This document shows positions 38,405-46,644 of a stretch of DNA of 64,000 nucleotides, in pieces. Below the pieces are notes generated by a model. It was not told the origin of the DNA, searched no databases, and was given only the letters and a program-made list of their open reading frames with translations. Both the position numbers and the translations under genes were made by a program. Each line of letters begins with the position of its first letter. Positions within the stretch are counted from its first letter, which is position 1. Location: assembly GCA_002293725.1 (NCBI GenBank), contig DBDU01000026.1, forward strand, positions 6,313-70,312, given 5' to 3'. This DNA is from Patescibacteria group bacterium UBA924. GTDB lineage: Bacteria; Patescibacteriota; Microgenomatia; UBA1400; PJMF01.

Positions 38405-38802
38405 TGATGCTTCCTTCTTTCCTTCAAGTTACACTCGATCTTCGTGGTGAAGCAGTTGAACAACAGCTTCCTTTTGTTAGCGCGGGTGAAGGTGGTTTTG
38501 AGCGATTTTTAAGTAGCATTTTGACCGCACTGATGGCTCTCGCTGCACTTGCAGTACTCATCTTCCTGCTCTGGGGTGCGTTCGACTGGATTAACTCTGG
38601 TGGTGAAAAAGGCAAGGTTGAATCTGCACGTAACAAGATGACCGGAGCCGTTATGGGTTTGGTTATGCTCGCTGTGGTTTTAGCCATTTTCATGTTTATT
38701 CAACAGATTTTGGGTATTCGCATTTTGAACTTCGTTGGTCAGCCAAGTTCTACTCCTGCACCTCGAGTAGTACCAGGAAGATTCCAGCCTACTCAGTTTT
38801 AA
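38401..38802 (+). CDS. VirB2/TrbC-like pilin-family protein, paralog 5
   Basis: The start overlaps the paralog 4 stop. The loop reads INSGGEKGKVESARNKMTGAVMGLVML. Confidence 0.55.
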   Translation: MMMLPSFLQVTLDLRGEAVEQQLPFVSAGEGGFERFLSSILTALMALAALAVLIFLLWGAFDWINSGGEKGKVESARNKMTGAVMGLVMLAVVLAIFMFIQQILGIRILNFVGQPSSTPAPRVVPGRFQPTQF

Positions 38803-38857
38803 GCTGGAGATAGCGGAATAAACCGTGAGTGTGCTAAAGTAAAAAAGAGAAGAATCC

Positions 38858-38886
38858 TTGACGGGATCTCGAAGAAAACATATAAT
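38858..38886 (+). promoter_or_regulatory. Sigma-70-type promoter for paralog 6
   Basis: A -35 TTGACG and a -10 TATAAT are separated by 17 bp. An AAAGGAG RBS sits 6 bp before the ATG at 38932. Confidence 0.5.
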
Positions 38887-38931
38887 TTAAACAGTATCTC
38901 AACGATACTAAACAGTAACAAAAGGAGTCAC

Positions 38932-39333
38932 ATGAAAAAACACCTGAAAGCACTCGCCGCTACAGGAAGCGCTGTGGGTATGTATCTTTCTACCGCAGTT
39001 GTCTCAACTGTAAAGGCTCAATACGATGTAGCCGTTCCAACTGGTTATGCTACCAATATTGGTAACTTAATTAGTTTCGTGCTTCGTGTAGTTTTAGCAG
39101 TTGGTGCTTTACTCGTCTTCGGTTTCTTAGTGCTGGGTGGTATCGAGTACATTACCTCAGGCGGTGAAAAAGGTAAAACTGAAGCTGCACGTAACAAAAT
39201 TACGGCTGCTATCGTTGGTTTAATTATCTTAGCCGCATCTTGGGCTATCCTAAACTTGGCCTTAGGATTCTTAGGCTTGAGTGGTTTAGAAGGTGCTTTA
39301 CAAGAAGTGGGTGATATTAACGAAACCCGCTAA
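38932..39333 (+). CDS. VirB2/TrbC-like pilin-family protein, paralog 6
   Basis: The loop reads ITSGGEKGKTEAARNKITAAIVGLIIL. Nucleotide-level similarity to paralog 5 is visible across this block. Confidence 0.55.
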   Translation: MKKHLKALAATGSAVGMYLSTAVVSTVKAQYDVAVPTGYATNIGNLISFVLRVVLAVGALLVFGFLVLGGIEYITSGGEKGKTEAARNKITAAIVGLIILAASWAILNLALGFLGLSGLEGALQEVGDINETR

Positions 39334-39357
39334 AGCATTTTTAGTAAATGAAAACAG

Positions 39358-39382
39358 AACCCCCGCTAATGCGGGGGTTTTT
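39358..39382 (+). terminator. Rho-independent terminator after paralog 6
   Basis: A 9-bp GC-rich stem (AACCCCCGC / GCGGGGGTT) with loop TAAT is followed by TTTTT. Confidence 0.7.
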
Positions 39383-39384
39383 GA

Positions 39385-39390
39385 TATAAT
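39385..39390 (+). promoter_or_regulatory. -10 box (TATAAT) 10 bp upstream of the paralog 7 ATG; short or leaderless transcript
   Basis: The element tataat is followed by ttgactgtc and then the ATG at 39400. Confidence 0.35.
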
Positions 39391-39399
39391 TTGACTGTC

Positions 39400-39831
39400 A
39401 TGAAATCTCGACCCCTCTCAATACTCACTTTCCTGCTCTCTTTCACAACCGCTGCACTCATCTTTGCCCAACCCGTTGCTGCGCAAACTAGCCCTTGGGG
39501 TGGAGTGTGTACAGATGATCGCACTGCTACAGGTGTAGCTACGATCCAAGGTTTTCAATGTTTGATTGGTAATGTTCTACAAGTTGGGGTAGCTGGAGTT
39601 GGCTTGGCAGGTTTTGTGATGATGATTATTGGAGCCTTTAAGTACTTGCTCTCTGGTGGCAATGCTAAAGGGATCGATGAGGGTCAAAAAACAATGACTT
39701 ATGCTATTGGCGGACTTATTCTGGCGCTCAGTGCCTTCTTTATTTTGAACATCATTTCTGACTTCACCGGCGTGCAAAGTATTATGAACTTTAGAATTCC
39801 GGCACCCGGAATTAATGCCGATATTCCTTAG
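39400..39831 (+). CDS. VirB2/TrbC-like pilin-family protein, paralog 7
   Basis: A signal peptide (MKSRPLSILTFLLSFTTAALIFAQPVAA) is present. The loop reads LSGGNAKGIDEGQKTMTYAIGGLILAL. Confidence 0.55.
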   Translation: MKSRPLSILTFLLSFTTAALIFAQPVAAQTSPWGGVCTDDRTATGVATIQGFQCLIGNVLQVGVAGVGLAGFVMMIIGAFKYLLSGGNAKGIDEGQKTMTYAIGGLILALSAFFILNIISDFTGVQSIMNFRIPAPGINADIP

Positions 39832-39876
39832 CCAGCTGAGCAGTGATTTCGGCAGAGTTGCGTTATAATTTCAACC

Positions 39877-42800
39877 ATGGCCTCAACCCGGAAAAGATCT
39901 CTAGTTCCGATTCTCTTGTTCTGTGTCTTACTGACCTTAGTGGTGGCGAAGGTGATCAACTTTTTATTACCAAAGCCTTTAGCCATCCAGCCTCCGACCA
40001 TTCCAATTGCCGCTCCTATCGCTGCCAATAGAAACGTCGATCCAAATAGTATCCGTGTTGTCGCGCAACTTGCTCAAGGCACGATTCCTCAGCAACCAAC
40101 CTCTACTCCTGTTTATGCCAGTTGTGCGGAGATTCCAGAACCTCCATCTGAAGAGGGCATCTTCCCCAACTGTAGTGTTTCTAATATCGCCGACTTTGTT
40201 GCTCCAGATTGTGGTGGCGTAGGTTCAAGTTGTGGAGTTGTTAATGGTAGCTCCATAACCTTAAGCGACTCGTATATCGGAAATGTGACCAATGAAGTTG
40301 AAGTTATCAAAAAAGACTCGACAGGCACATACATTAAGCAAAAATCAAATGATATTCACTTCATCTACCGCCGAAATCCTGATGGCAGCGTGAGTTTAGT
40401 ACAAGATACTATCTGGGGCGGTGGTCCGGCAGGTGGTTTCTTCACTTGTGACGGAACAACTCAAGAAGCGTTCTATCGTGTATACGACGCAAATGGCAAT
40501 CTAGGTAACAGTCAGTACGCCAGCTCTGCAACTTGTGGCGGCCCAGAACACCAGAACGTCAGTGTTTTAGGCACCTTCAAAAAAGTTAGTGATAGTGGCA
40601 TCAATATCAACGACCCTGGCACAGACCCACTCATTTCTGATGGCTCTTTAACTTCTTGTAACGTTAGCGGCCAAACTGGCATTCCAGTTGGAAATAAAAA
40701 TCGCCTAATTTATCACGGAAATGCTGTCTGTAACGGGGTTCCTTTTGAGATGATTGCGATGCAGAATACCGAGGGCGCAGGTGCTGGTGAAGTTAACATG
40801 TACTGCAAAGGAAAAGGTATCTGTGCGTTTTACCAGTTACTGGACCTGACAGTCGAAGAAAACAAACCCATTAACTGGGATGGCAAAGATCTTTGTAACT
40901 TACAAGCTGGTGGCAGCCGTGAAAATCTGACGACCTACTTTGAGTACAACCTTCAACGTCAGTGTAAAGAAACTCCCACCAAGGTTTTAAACAACTTTCT
41001 GGATGAGTACTCCGTGAGCTGTGTGCCTGAGGCTGACTATATCTTGAGTTTCCTCGACCGAGAGCTGTGCGCTCTCACAGATAAAGGCTGCTACAACTGG
41101 AACACTACTGGTGACTTGCGCTTTGCTGCTAGCGGTTCACTCTTTGGTCTCTTCCGAAATCAAAATGCAGTTGAAGCTCGATATAACACCATGAACGGAC
41201 TAAAAGATAAAGATCGTCAGGAATCCATTGAGGCATACCTAACCGCCAAAGTTGATGAGCTGCCGTTGTCTGCACAAAGTTCTAATATCCAGTTCAATGG
41301 TCTGAACCCAGCCAACGCCGAAAACTTAACAATGTATCAATCTCCGCTGTATAAGCTCAGTACTCTCGAGCAGCAGTGTCAACTTGTGTATGACAAGCTA
41401 ACTGCCGTGGAAGAGCTCTGTTTGCCTTTTAATCGAATTGAGGGCACCGAGAACGAGCCTTGTGCAATCAACCAATTTTTGCCCAATACCAGCTTGCGAT
41501 ATACCGACATGTTAACCAAGATGCGTGCGCCGAATGGTGAGTCGAAGTGTGAGTCACTCATGAACCCAAGTGCTAATAATACTGAGGCGACTGCACTGCG
41601 TGATCAAATTTTAAGTATTGATCCCGCTATGGAAGTTGCTTACCGGCCAGCATTTATCGTCGTAGCTAGTTTTGTAGGTAAAGATCCTGGTGAAATCTTA
41701 AATCCAGAGTTCTTGTCTCAGGGAAACGACAAATCAAAGTTCTGGCAAGTTGACTATATGGAAGTCAAAGTTCCCACTTTTGGTTCTGACTTCATGCATA
41801 AAGACAATATGGCAAATGCCAGTAATCCGACTCGTCCCGGTTCATCTTACCGAGATCCACTCCGTTTCTTGGCCGACGTCCTGACCACACCGGAAATTCA
41901 AGAAATGTACCGCCAAGAAGAAGAAAATGATCGCAATGCTATTCGTAGCAAAGTAATTGTTCCTCCTGATCGTGGCGCGGTGCAGCCTGGTGACATCATT
42001 GGTATGGGTGGGTACCCAATTAAGTGTCGTTTCCAAAAAGGTACCTATACTGAAGACGCATGTGATTACATGGCTCGAGCACTGATCGCATTTATCAATG
42101 CAAGTAATGTTGTACCTGTAACACCAGGTGAAGGCGAAGGTGGTGCTAGCGTCACTCGTCAATTTAGTCCTGCCCGTTCCTGGCTCCCTGCCTCCAAATG
42201 TGATACCAGTGGTTCTCAGGGAGCGTTGTACGAAAAAAATCTCTATGGGAATTCAGTCCTCACTGAAGATCCCGTTGATCCGAAGTATCGTGTCGCAGAA
42301 GAAGCTCAAACAATAGGCTCAAAGCTCGAAGCAGTTAACCAAGGTTTTTACGAAAAGAAACTCGAGGGCTTTGCCGAGGTAGAAGCTAACGTCACTGACA
42401 TGAATCCCCCCCCGGGAGCTCAAGGCCTAAAAGGTGGTGATTTCGGGCATACACAAGTCTTCTTCGTGTCTCCACATAACTACACTCTTTTATATGCCCA
42501 AAACGCAATGTTGTCGTTGTTAACCGAAGAACAACAAGAGATCTTCCTGAAGAACGAGAACTTCAACTCAGTTATGAAAACCACCGGATTAGACAACTTC
42601 TCTAGCTCGATTGCGATTAGTTACTATGATGATGCCACACCAGGAACCACTCCGCCGCCAGTCATTCCTGGCGAAACTGCGCCTCCATTAAACCGCAAAC
42701 CAGTCACTGCAGAGCTACAACGTAAGAAAGATGATGAACCACCGAATCAGGGTAAGACTCTGGATAGCCCATTGATGTGGCAAGTTGCTGGAAGCATTGC

Positions 42801-43593
42801 GAACATTCCAACTCGTCTTTACACTTTGGTTTCCACTACCTTGGATAACCCAACTCGCCTCTTTACTTTAGGCTGTACAGGGTCATATGCAACTGAGCAG
42901 TGGCTACTCGGTCGTTGTACTCCAGTCAAACCAGAAGACGCTGCAACTAACCCAGGAAATGTACCTCCCTCTAATAACGCCAGCAATCAATGTGTGGCAG
43001 TTTATATGGATGCGGCTGAGGCACAGACAGCAGCGGCTGAGATCCGCGCCAATTTACCAGGTCAACAACTGCAAAGTCCAAGCTTTGCGGGATGGGCAAG
43101 ATACTACAGTGTGGGTGATCGACCTGAGATTCAACATCTCTTCCAAAACCACTGTAATAATGGTCAGCCTTGTATCGACTACATCTTGGATCAAGTGCTC
43201 AACACCTCAATCAATGGTAAGACACTTAATCCATATCTCGTAATGTCAATTGCGATGAATGAGACAGGTGGCTTAATCAGCTCTAAGCCTGGCTATGTTG
43301 GTCCTCACTTTGGTTGTGGTATAGGTGGAAGTGGCCAGGGCGGTCAGATCATTTCCGACGGCAGCATCGAAAGTAAGCTGCAATGTTTGACGGGCTTTTT
43401 CCAAAATTATGCCGCACGTACTAGACCAGAAGAGCAATCCGATGACGCAGCACTTACTCTGTATGGCTACCGCAATGGTTCCCGCAACAACAACTTGGTT
43501 AAAATTATGGGTATCTTGAGCAATGGTAAGTATCCGTTGGAAAGTTGTAATGGCTCTGGAACAACACCTGCTCCAAGCCCCACCCAAAATTAA
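39877..43593 (+). CDS. Large (1238 aa) secreted or membrane-anchored protein of unknown function, with a possible C-terminal lysozyme/transglycosylase-like region
   Basis: An N-terminal signal-anchor (LVPILLFCVLLTLVVAKVINFLL) is followed by a Cys-containing ectodomain. The C-terminal block PYLVMSIAMNETGGLISSKPGYVGPHFGCGIGG resembles an SLT 'A.a..ES/TG' catalytic region. Confidence 0.55.
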   Translation: MASTRKRSLVPILLFCVLLTLVVAKVINFLLPKPLAIQPPTIPIAAPIAANRNVDPNSIRVVAQLAQGTIPQQPTSTPVYASCAEIPEPPSEEGIFPNCSVSNIADFVAPDCGGVGSSCGVVNGSSITLSDSYIGNVTNEVEVIKKDSTGTYIKQKSNDIHFIYRRNPDGSVSLVQDTIWGGGPAGGFFTCDGTTQEAFYRVYDANGNLGNSQYASSATCGGPEHQNVSVLGTFKKVSDSGININDPGTDPLISDGSLTSCNVSGQTGIPVGNKNRLIYHGNAVCNGVPFEMIAMQNTEGAGAGEVNMYCKGKGICAFYQLLDLTVEENKPINWDGKDLCNLQAGGSRENLTTYFEYNLQRQCKETPTKVLNNFLDEYSVSCVPEADYILSFLDRELCALTDKGCYNWNTTGDLRFAASGSLFGLFRNQNAVEARYNTMNGLKDKDRQESIEAYLTAKVDELPLSAQSSNIQFNGLNPANAENLTMYQSPLYKLSTLEQQCQLVYDKLTAVEELCLPFNRIEGTENEPCAINQFLPNTSLRYTDMLTKMRAPNGESKCESLMNPSANNTEATALRDQILSIDPAMEVAYRPAFIVVASFVGKDPGEILNPEFLSQGNDKSKFWQVDYMEVKVPTFGSDFMHKDNMANASNPTRPGSSYRDPLRFLADVLTTPEIQEMYRQEEENDRNAIRSKVIVPPDRGAVQPGDIIGMGGYPIKCRFQKGTYTEDACDYMARALIAFINASNVVPVTPGEGEGGASVTRQFSPARSWLPASKCDTSGSQGALYEKNLYGNSVLTEDPVDPKYRVAEEAQTIGSKLEAVNQGFYEKKLEGFAEVEANVTDMNPPPGAQGLKGGDFGHTQVFFVSPHNYTLLYAQNAMLSLLTEEQQEIFLKNENFNSVMKTTGLDNFSSSIAISYYDDATPGTTPPPVIPGETAPPLNRKPVTAELQRKKDDEPPNQGKTLDSPLMWQVAGSIANIPTRLYTLVSTTLDNPTRLFTLGCTGSYATEQWLLGRCTPVKPEDAATNPGNVPPSNNASNQCVAVYMDAAEAQTAAAEIRANLPGQQLQSPSFAGWARYYSVGDRPEIQHLFQNHCNNGQPCIDYILDQVLNTSINGKTLNPYLVMSIAMNETGGLISSKPGYVGPHFGCGIGGSGQGGQIISDGSIESKLQCLTGFFQNYAARTRPEEQSDDAALTLYGYRNGSRNNNLVKIMGILSNGKYPLESCNGSGTTPAPSPTQN

Positions 43594-43601
43594 TTTTTTA
43601 C

Positions 43602-44609
43602 TTACACTAGGCGAACACCTGGATTACGCGGAACTTGGTCAGGTTTGTGTTTCACTTTAGTTTTTTCAGTGATTGGTGCTTCTTTAGGCGTTACTGGAAT
43701 GAACTTCTTGGTCATCCCATCTTGGGAAGAAGCTTGCCTAGGCGCATGTTCTTCTTGAATACGAACGCGGCGCGCACCCATCACTAATAACTTCCCGGCG
43801 ATCTCAAAGGTTTGGGCCGTCACAGCGAGTGACTTAAATGTTTGCGTCGCTGACTCAATCGCCGCCAGTAACGTTGTAGAGACCTCTTCGCCAAGCTCTA
43901 CTCCCAGTTCTTGTAACAGATAGGCCACAACCTCCGCATAGGATGCGGCTCCCGAAGTATTGACTTTGACCGTGCCAAAAGGTGTATCGAAGGTGTGAAC
44001 ACTAACAATGCTGGTCTGTTCAAACAACTGTTCGTAACCGATGTACAGTTGGTCTAGATCCTCCAAGCGATCAACGCCAAAGGTAAAGATCAGATCAGCG
44101 TCTGCTCCGCTTAAGGTATAGGTCACTAAAGAGGAATCGAGTGGCTTAGCACCTCGACGAGGCTGAACCACTAAGTGAAAAGTTTTTGTTTCCTCATCAA
44201 TGTGATAACTGACTTTGTCCACTTGCTCTTCGCTATAAGGAAAAGACACATCAAGGTTTTTATTTCCAAGTTCTTTACTGACTTCACCTACTCCTGAAAA
44301 CTGCTGCAGTCTCTCTGCAACTGGACCTGGACTGGAAACCGTAACATTCTTTCCTAATGCTTGTAAGCCTTTGCCAAAACTGACCGCACTCAAAATAGTA
44401 TCGGCACTGGCCTTTGCAGGAAAAAAGATACAAACTGTCTGAGCGCTCGACAGTAAGGTAGAAATGGTAGACAGAGATTCCGCTGTCATCATATGTCCGC
44501 TTCTTTCTCTTAGTGATAACAGACGGGCAGGTATTTGATCAGGTATAACAGAGAATGAACGGGTCACGCAAGTGGCGTTTAATATGTAGCTACAGCCTTT
44601 TTTTCTCAA
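43602..44609 (-). CDS. DHH-family (NrnA-like) phosphoesterase homolog, apparently lacking the DHH motif
   Basis: The N-terminal pattern (TVCIFFPAKASADTILSAVSFGKGLQALGKNVTV) and a DHHA1-like block (GAASYAEVVAYLLQELGVELGEEVSTTLLAAIESATQTF) are present. No DHH tripeptide is seen. The start is likely MMTAE at about 44490. Confidence 0.4.
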   Translation of the reverse strand: MRKKGCSYILNATCVTRSFSVIPDQIPARLLSLRERSGHMMTAESLSTISTLLSSAQTVCIFFPAKASADTILSAVSFGKGLQALGKNVTVSSPGPVAERLQQFSGVGEVSKELGNKNLDVSFPYSEEQVDKVSYHIDEETKTFHLVVQPRRGAKPLDSSLVTYTLSGADADLIFTFGVDRLEDLDQLYIGYEQLFEQTSIVSVHTFDTPFGTVKVNTSGAASYAEVVAYLLQELGVELGEEVSTTLLAAIESATQTFKSLAVTAQTFEIAGKLLVMGARRVRIQEEHAPRQASSQDGMTKKFIPVTPKEAPITEKTKVKHKPDQVPRNPGVRLV

Positions 44610-44619
44610 GAACTTCTAT

Positions 44620-44648
44620 TTGCGGGATCTCTTGAGGTGGGATACAAT
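44620..44648 (+). promoter_or_regulatory. Candidate promoter (-35 TTGCGG, 17-bp spacer, -10 TACAAT) for the VirB6-like gene
   Basis: The -10 element ends 7 bp before the ATG at 44656, consistent with a leaderless or very short-leader transcript. Confidence 0.3.
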
Positions 44649-44655
44649 AGCGGTT

Positions 44656-46341
44656 ATGAAGAAACTGGCTGCTTTTTTCTTGGCATTTTTCCTCTTTGCA
44701 GTCTCTGTCCAACCAGCTTTAGCTCAAGACCGCGGTCTTACTGCTACTCAGCAACAAACCCAAGTTAATGAAAACTACAAAAGCGGAAATACGAGTATCG
44801 GTGGTGTCACCAACGAAATCGTCAAAGTTGCAGCCACAGTTCTCGGTCCTTGTCAGTTAACTGATGACGATTGTGGAGACTCATCTGGTGGACCATCCGC
44901 AAGCCGATCAATTATCAACGCTTTTACATATCTCTATACTCCTCCAGCAGATACTCAAACCTACATTGCTGATGTAATGAACTCTGCAGGTTTGAACATT
45001 GCTCAGCCAGCATATGCTCAAGGGCTAGGCTTCTCTTCTTTGGACCCAGTTCTTGATACCTGGAAAGCTTTTCGTAACGTCGCCTACTTGTTCTACGTAA
45101 TCATGTTCTTAGTCATCGGTTTCATGATTATGTTCCGACAGAAGATTAGCAGCCAGGCTGTGGTAAGCGCCCAACAAGCTTTACCAAAAATTATTGTTTC
45201 ACTGATTGCGGTCACTTTTTCCTACGCGATTGCTGGATTATTGATCGATGCCATGTACATCGTTATGTACTTAATCGTCGGTCTCTTCCCTGCTGCAACC
45301 TTTGGTAACCCTGGAAGTGAACAAAGTTTGAAAGACATTGCGATGGACCGCAACATCTTCCAGATTGGAACATACTTGTTGACCAGTGCCGGAACCCTTC
45401 AAAACGCCCAAGAATCGGTCCGTGCCATGATCCGTTCAGCCTTTGACACCCAACTTTCAGGCGTGGGTGATGCTTTAGGTTTAATTGGTGGACTTACCTT
45501 TGCGGTTGTCTTTGCCTTAGCCACCTTGTTTGGTATCTTCCGTTTGTTCTTTGAACTCTTGAAGACCTATATCAGTATTATTATTAGCATCGTCCTTTCT
45601 CCACTGGCATTAATGCTGGGAGCACTTCCTGGGAACAACGCTTTCCAGGCCTGGATTAAAACCTTGGTGGCTAACTTAGCAGTCTTCCCAGGAATCTTAT
45701 TAATCTTGGTCTTAGCCTTCATGTTAATTGGTGGCCAGTACGGTGGGAGACCAACTGCTCAACAGGTTGTTCCTCAAGTACAAGCGCAAGATACGTTCTT
45801 CCAAGGCTCATACAATGGTGGCTTCTTACCGCCATATATTCCTGGTGCAGGTAGTGGTAACGCTATCTCAATTATGTTGGGTCTAGGTGTAATCTTAATC
45901 ATGCCAGATCTGGCTGCTTCAATTAAGAAAACACTCGGTGGTTCCGGTGGAATCTTTGAACAGTTTGCCAATAACTTCACTACCAACTTAGAAAAAGGTT
46001 GGAAAGGTGGCGAGTTAGTTCCCGGACTGGGCTTTACCAATACCAACAACTATGGCGTATCTGGCCGTAACATCGCCTCTAAGCTATGGCGTGGCACTAA
46101 AGAAAGCCGTGAACGAGCTGAGAAGGGTCAACCAAATGTTATTGGGCGTGGCATAGTGGGTGAAAGTGCCGAGCTATATAAACGTGTTCGTCGTCAGCAG
46201 ATGGAAGAATATATGCGTAACAAAGTTCCTCGCGTGAAGCTAGGTAAGACCGAAAGCGAAGCCAAAGACCGACAGGTTCGTATGGGTGGACCTCCAAAGA
46301 CTCAAGTACCTCCATCTTCAGGGAGAATTGATGGGGAATAA
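44656..46341 (+). CDS. VirB6/TrbL-like polytopic membrane protein
   Basis: A signal peptide (MKKLAAFFLAFFLFAVSVQPALA) is followed by at least six TM helices (FYVIMFLVIGFMIMF; IVSLIAVTFSYAIAGLLIDAMYIVMYLIVGLF; LIGGLTFAVVFALATLFGIF; ISIIISIVLSPLALMLGALPG; LVANLAVFPGILLILVLAFMLIGG). The C-terminal tail is basic and hydrophilic. Confidence 0.5.
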   Translation: MKKLAAFFLAFFLFAVSVQPALAQDRGLTATQQQTQVNENYKSGNTSIGGVTNEIVKVAATVLGPCQLTDDDCGDSSGGPSASRSIINAFTYLYTPPADTQTYIADVMNSAGLNIAQPAYAQGLGFSSLDPVLDTWKAFRNVAYLFYVIMFLVIGFMIMFRQKISSQAVVSAQQALPKIIVSLIAVTFSYAIAGLLIDAMYIVMYLIVGLFPAATFGNPGSEQSLKDIAMDRNIFQIGTYLLTSAGTLQNAQESVRAMIRSAFDTQLSGVGDALGLIGGLTFAVVFALATLFGIFRLFFELLKTYISIIISIVLSPLALMLGALPGNNAFQAWIKTLVANLAVFPGILLILVLAFMLIGGQYGGRPTAQQVVPQVQAQDTFFQGSYNGGFLPPYIPGAGSGNAISIMLGLGVILIMPDLAASIKKTLGGSGGIFEQFANNFTTNLEKGWKGGELVPGLGFTNTNNYGVSGRNIASKLWRGTKESRERAEKGQPNVIGRGIVGESAELYKRVRRQQMEEYMRNKVPRVKLGKTESEAKDRQVRMGGPPKTQVPPSSGRIDGE

Positions 46342-46343
46342 CA

Positions 46344-46559
46344 ATGAATAAGACTTCTATTCTTGACTGGCTAAAGCATGTTAAAGATACCTATCGTAAA
46401 AACGATCAAGAGAACGAGCCTACCAATGCTAGTTCTTCACCACTAGTGATTGATCTTAAGTATCGAAACCCCTTTACGGCTGAAGACTATGGTCTCAGCA
46501 CTCAACGAGGTCGAATCGCTGTCTATCGTCAGGGCGGCGGAACAATTACAGGTGAATAA
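46344..46559 (+). CDS. Small hypothetical protein
   Basis: The 71-aa ORF starts 2 bp after the VirB6-like stop. Confidence 0.35.
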   Translation: MNKTSILDWLKHVKDTYRKNDQENEPTNASSSPLVIDLKYRNPFTAEDYGLSTQRGRIAVYRQGGGTITGE

Positions 46560-46644
46560 ACTCATTTTTCAGAGTTAAAAATATTTAAAGACTCAAAAAA
46601 GCAAGTGTTTTTTTTGAGATTGCGGGCTGATCGCCCAAGAACTA

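Noticed and set aside
36718-39831. The small two-helix proteins read as type IV (PilA-like) pilins or as class II bacteriocin/immunity genes
   Set aside because: There is no G|FTLIE-type prepilin peptidase motif, no double-glycine leader and no adjacent bacteriocin ABC/C39 transporter. The helix-loop-helix pattern with a signal peptide fits TrbC/VirB2-type pilins better.
46560-46644. A/T-rich palindrome (ctcaaaaaagcaagtgttttttttgag) between convergent genes, considered as a bidirectional terminator
   Set aside because: The stem is almost entirely A:T pairs and would be thermodynamically weak. It is noted but not called as a terminator.
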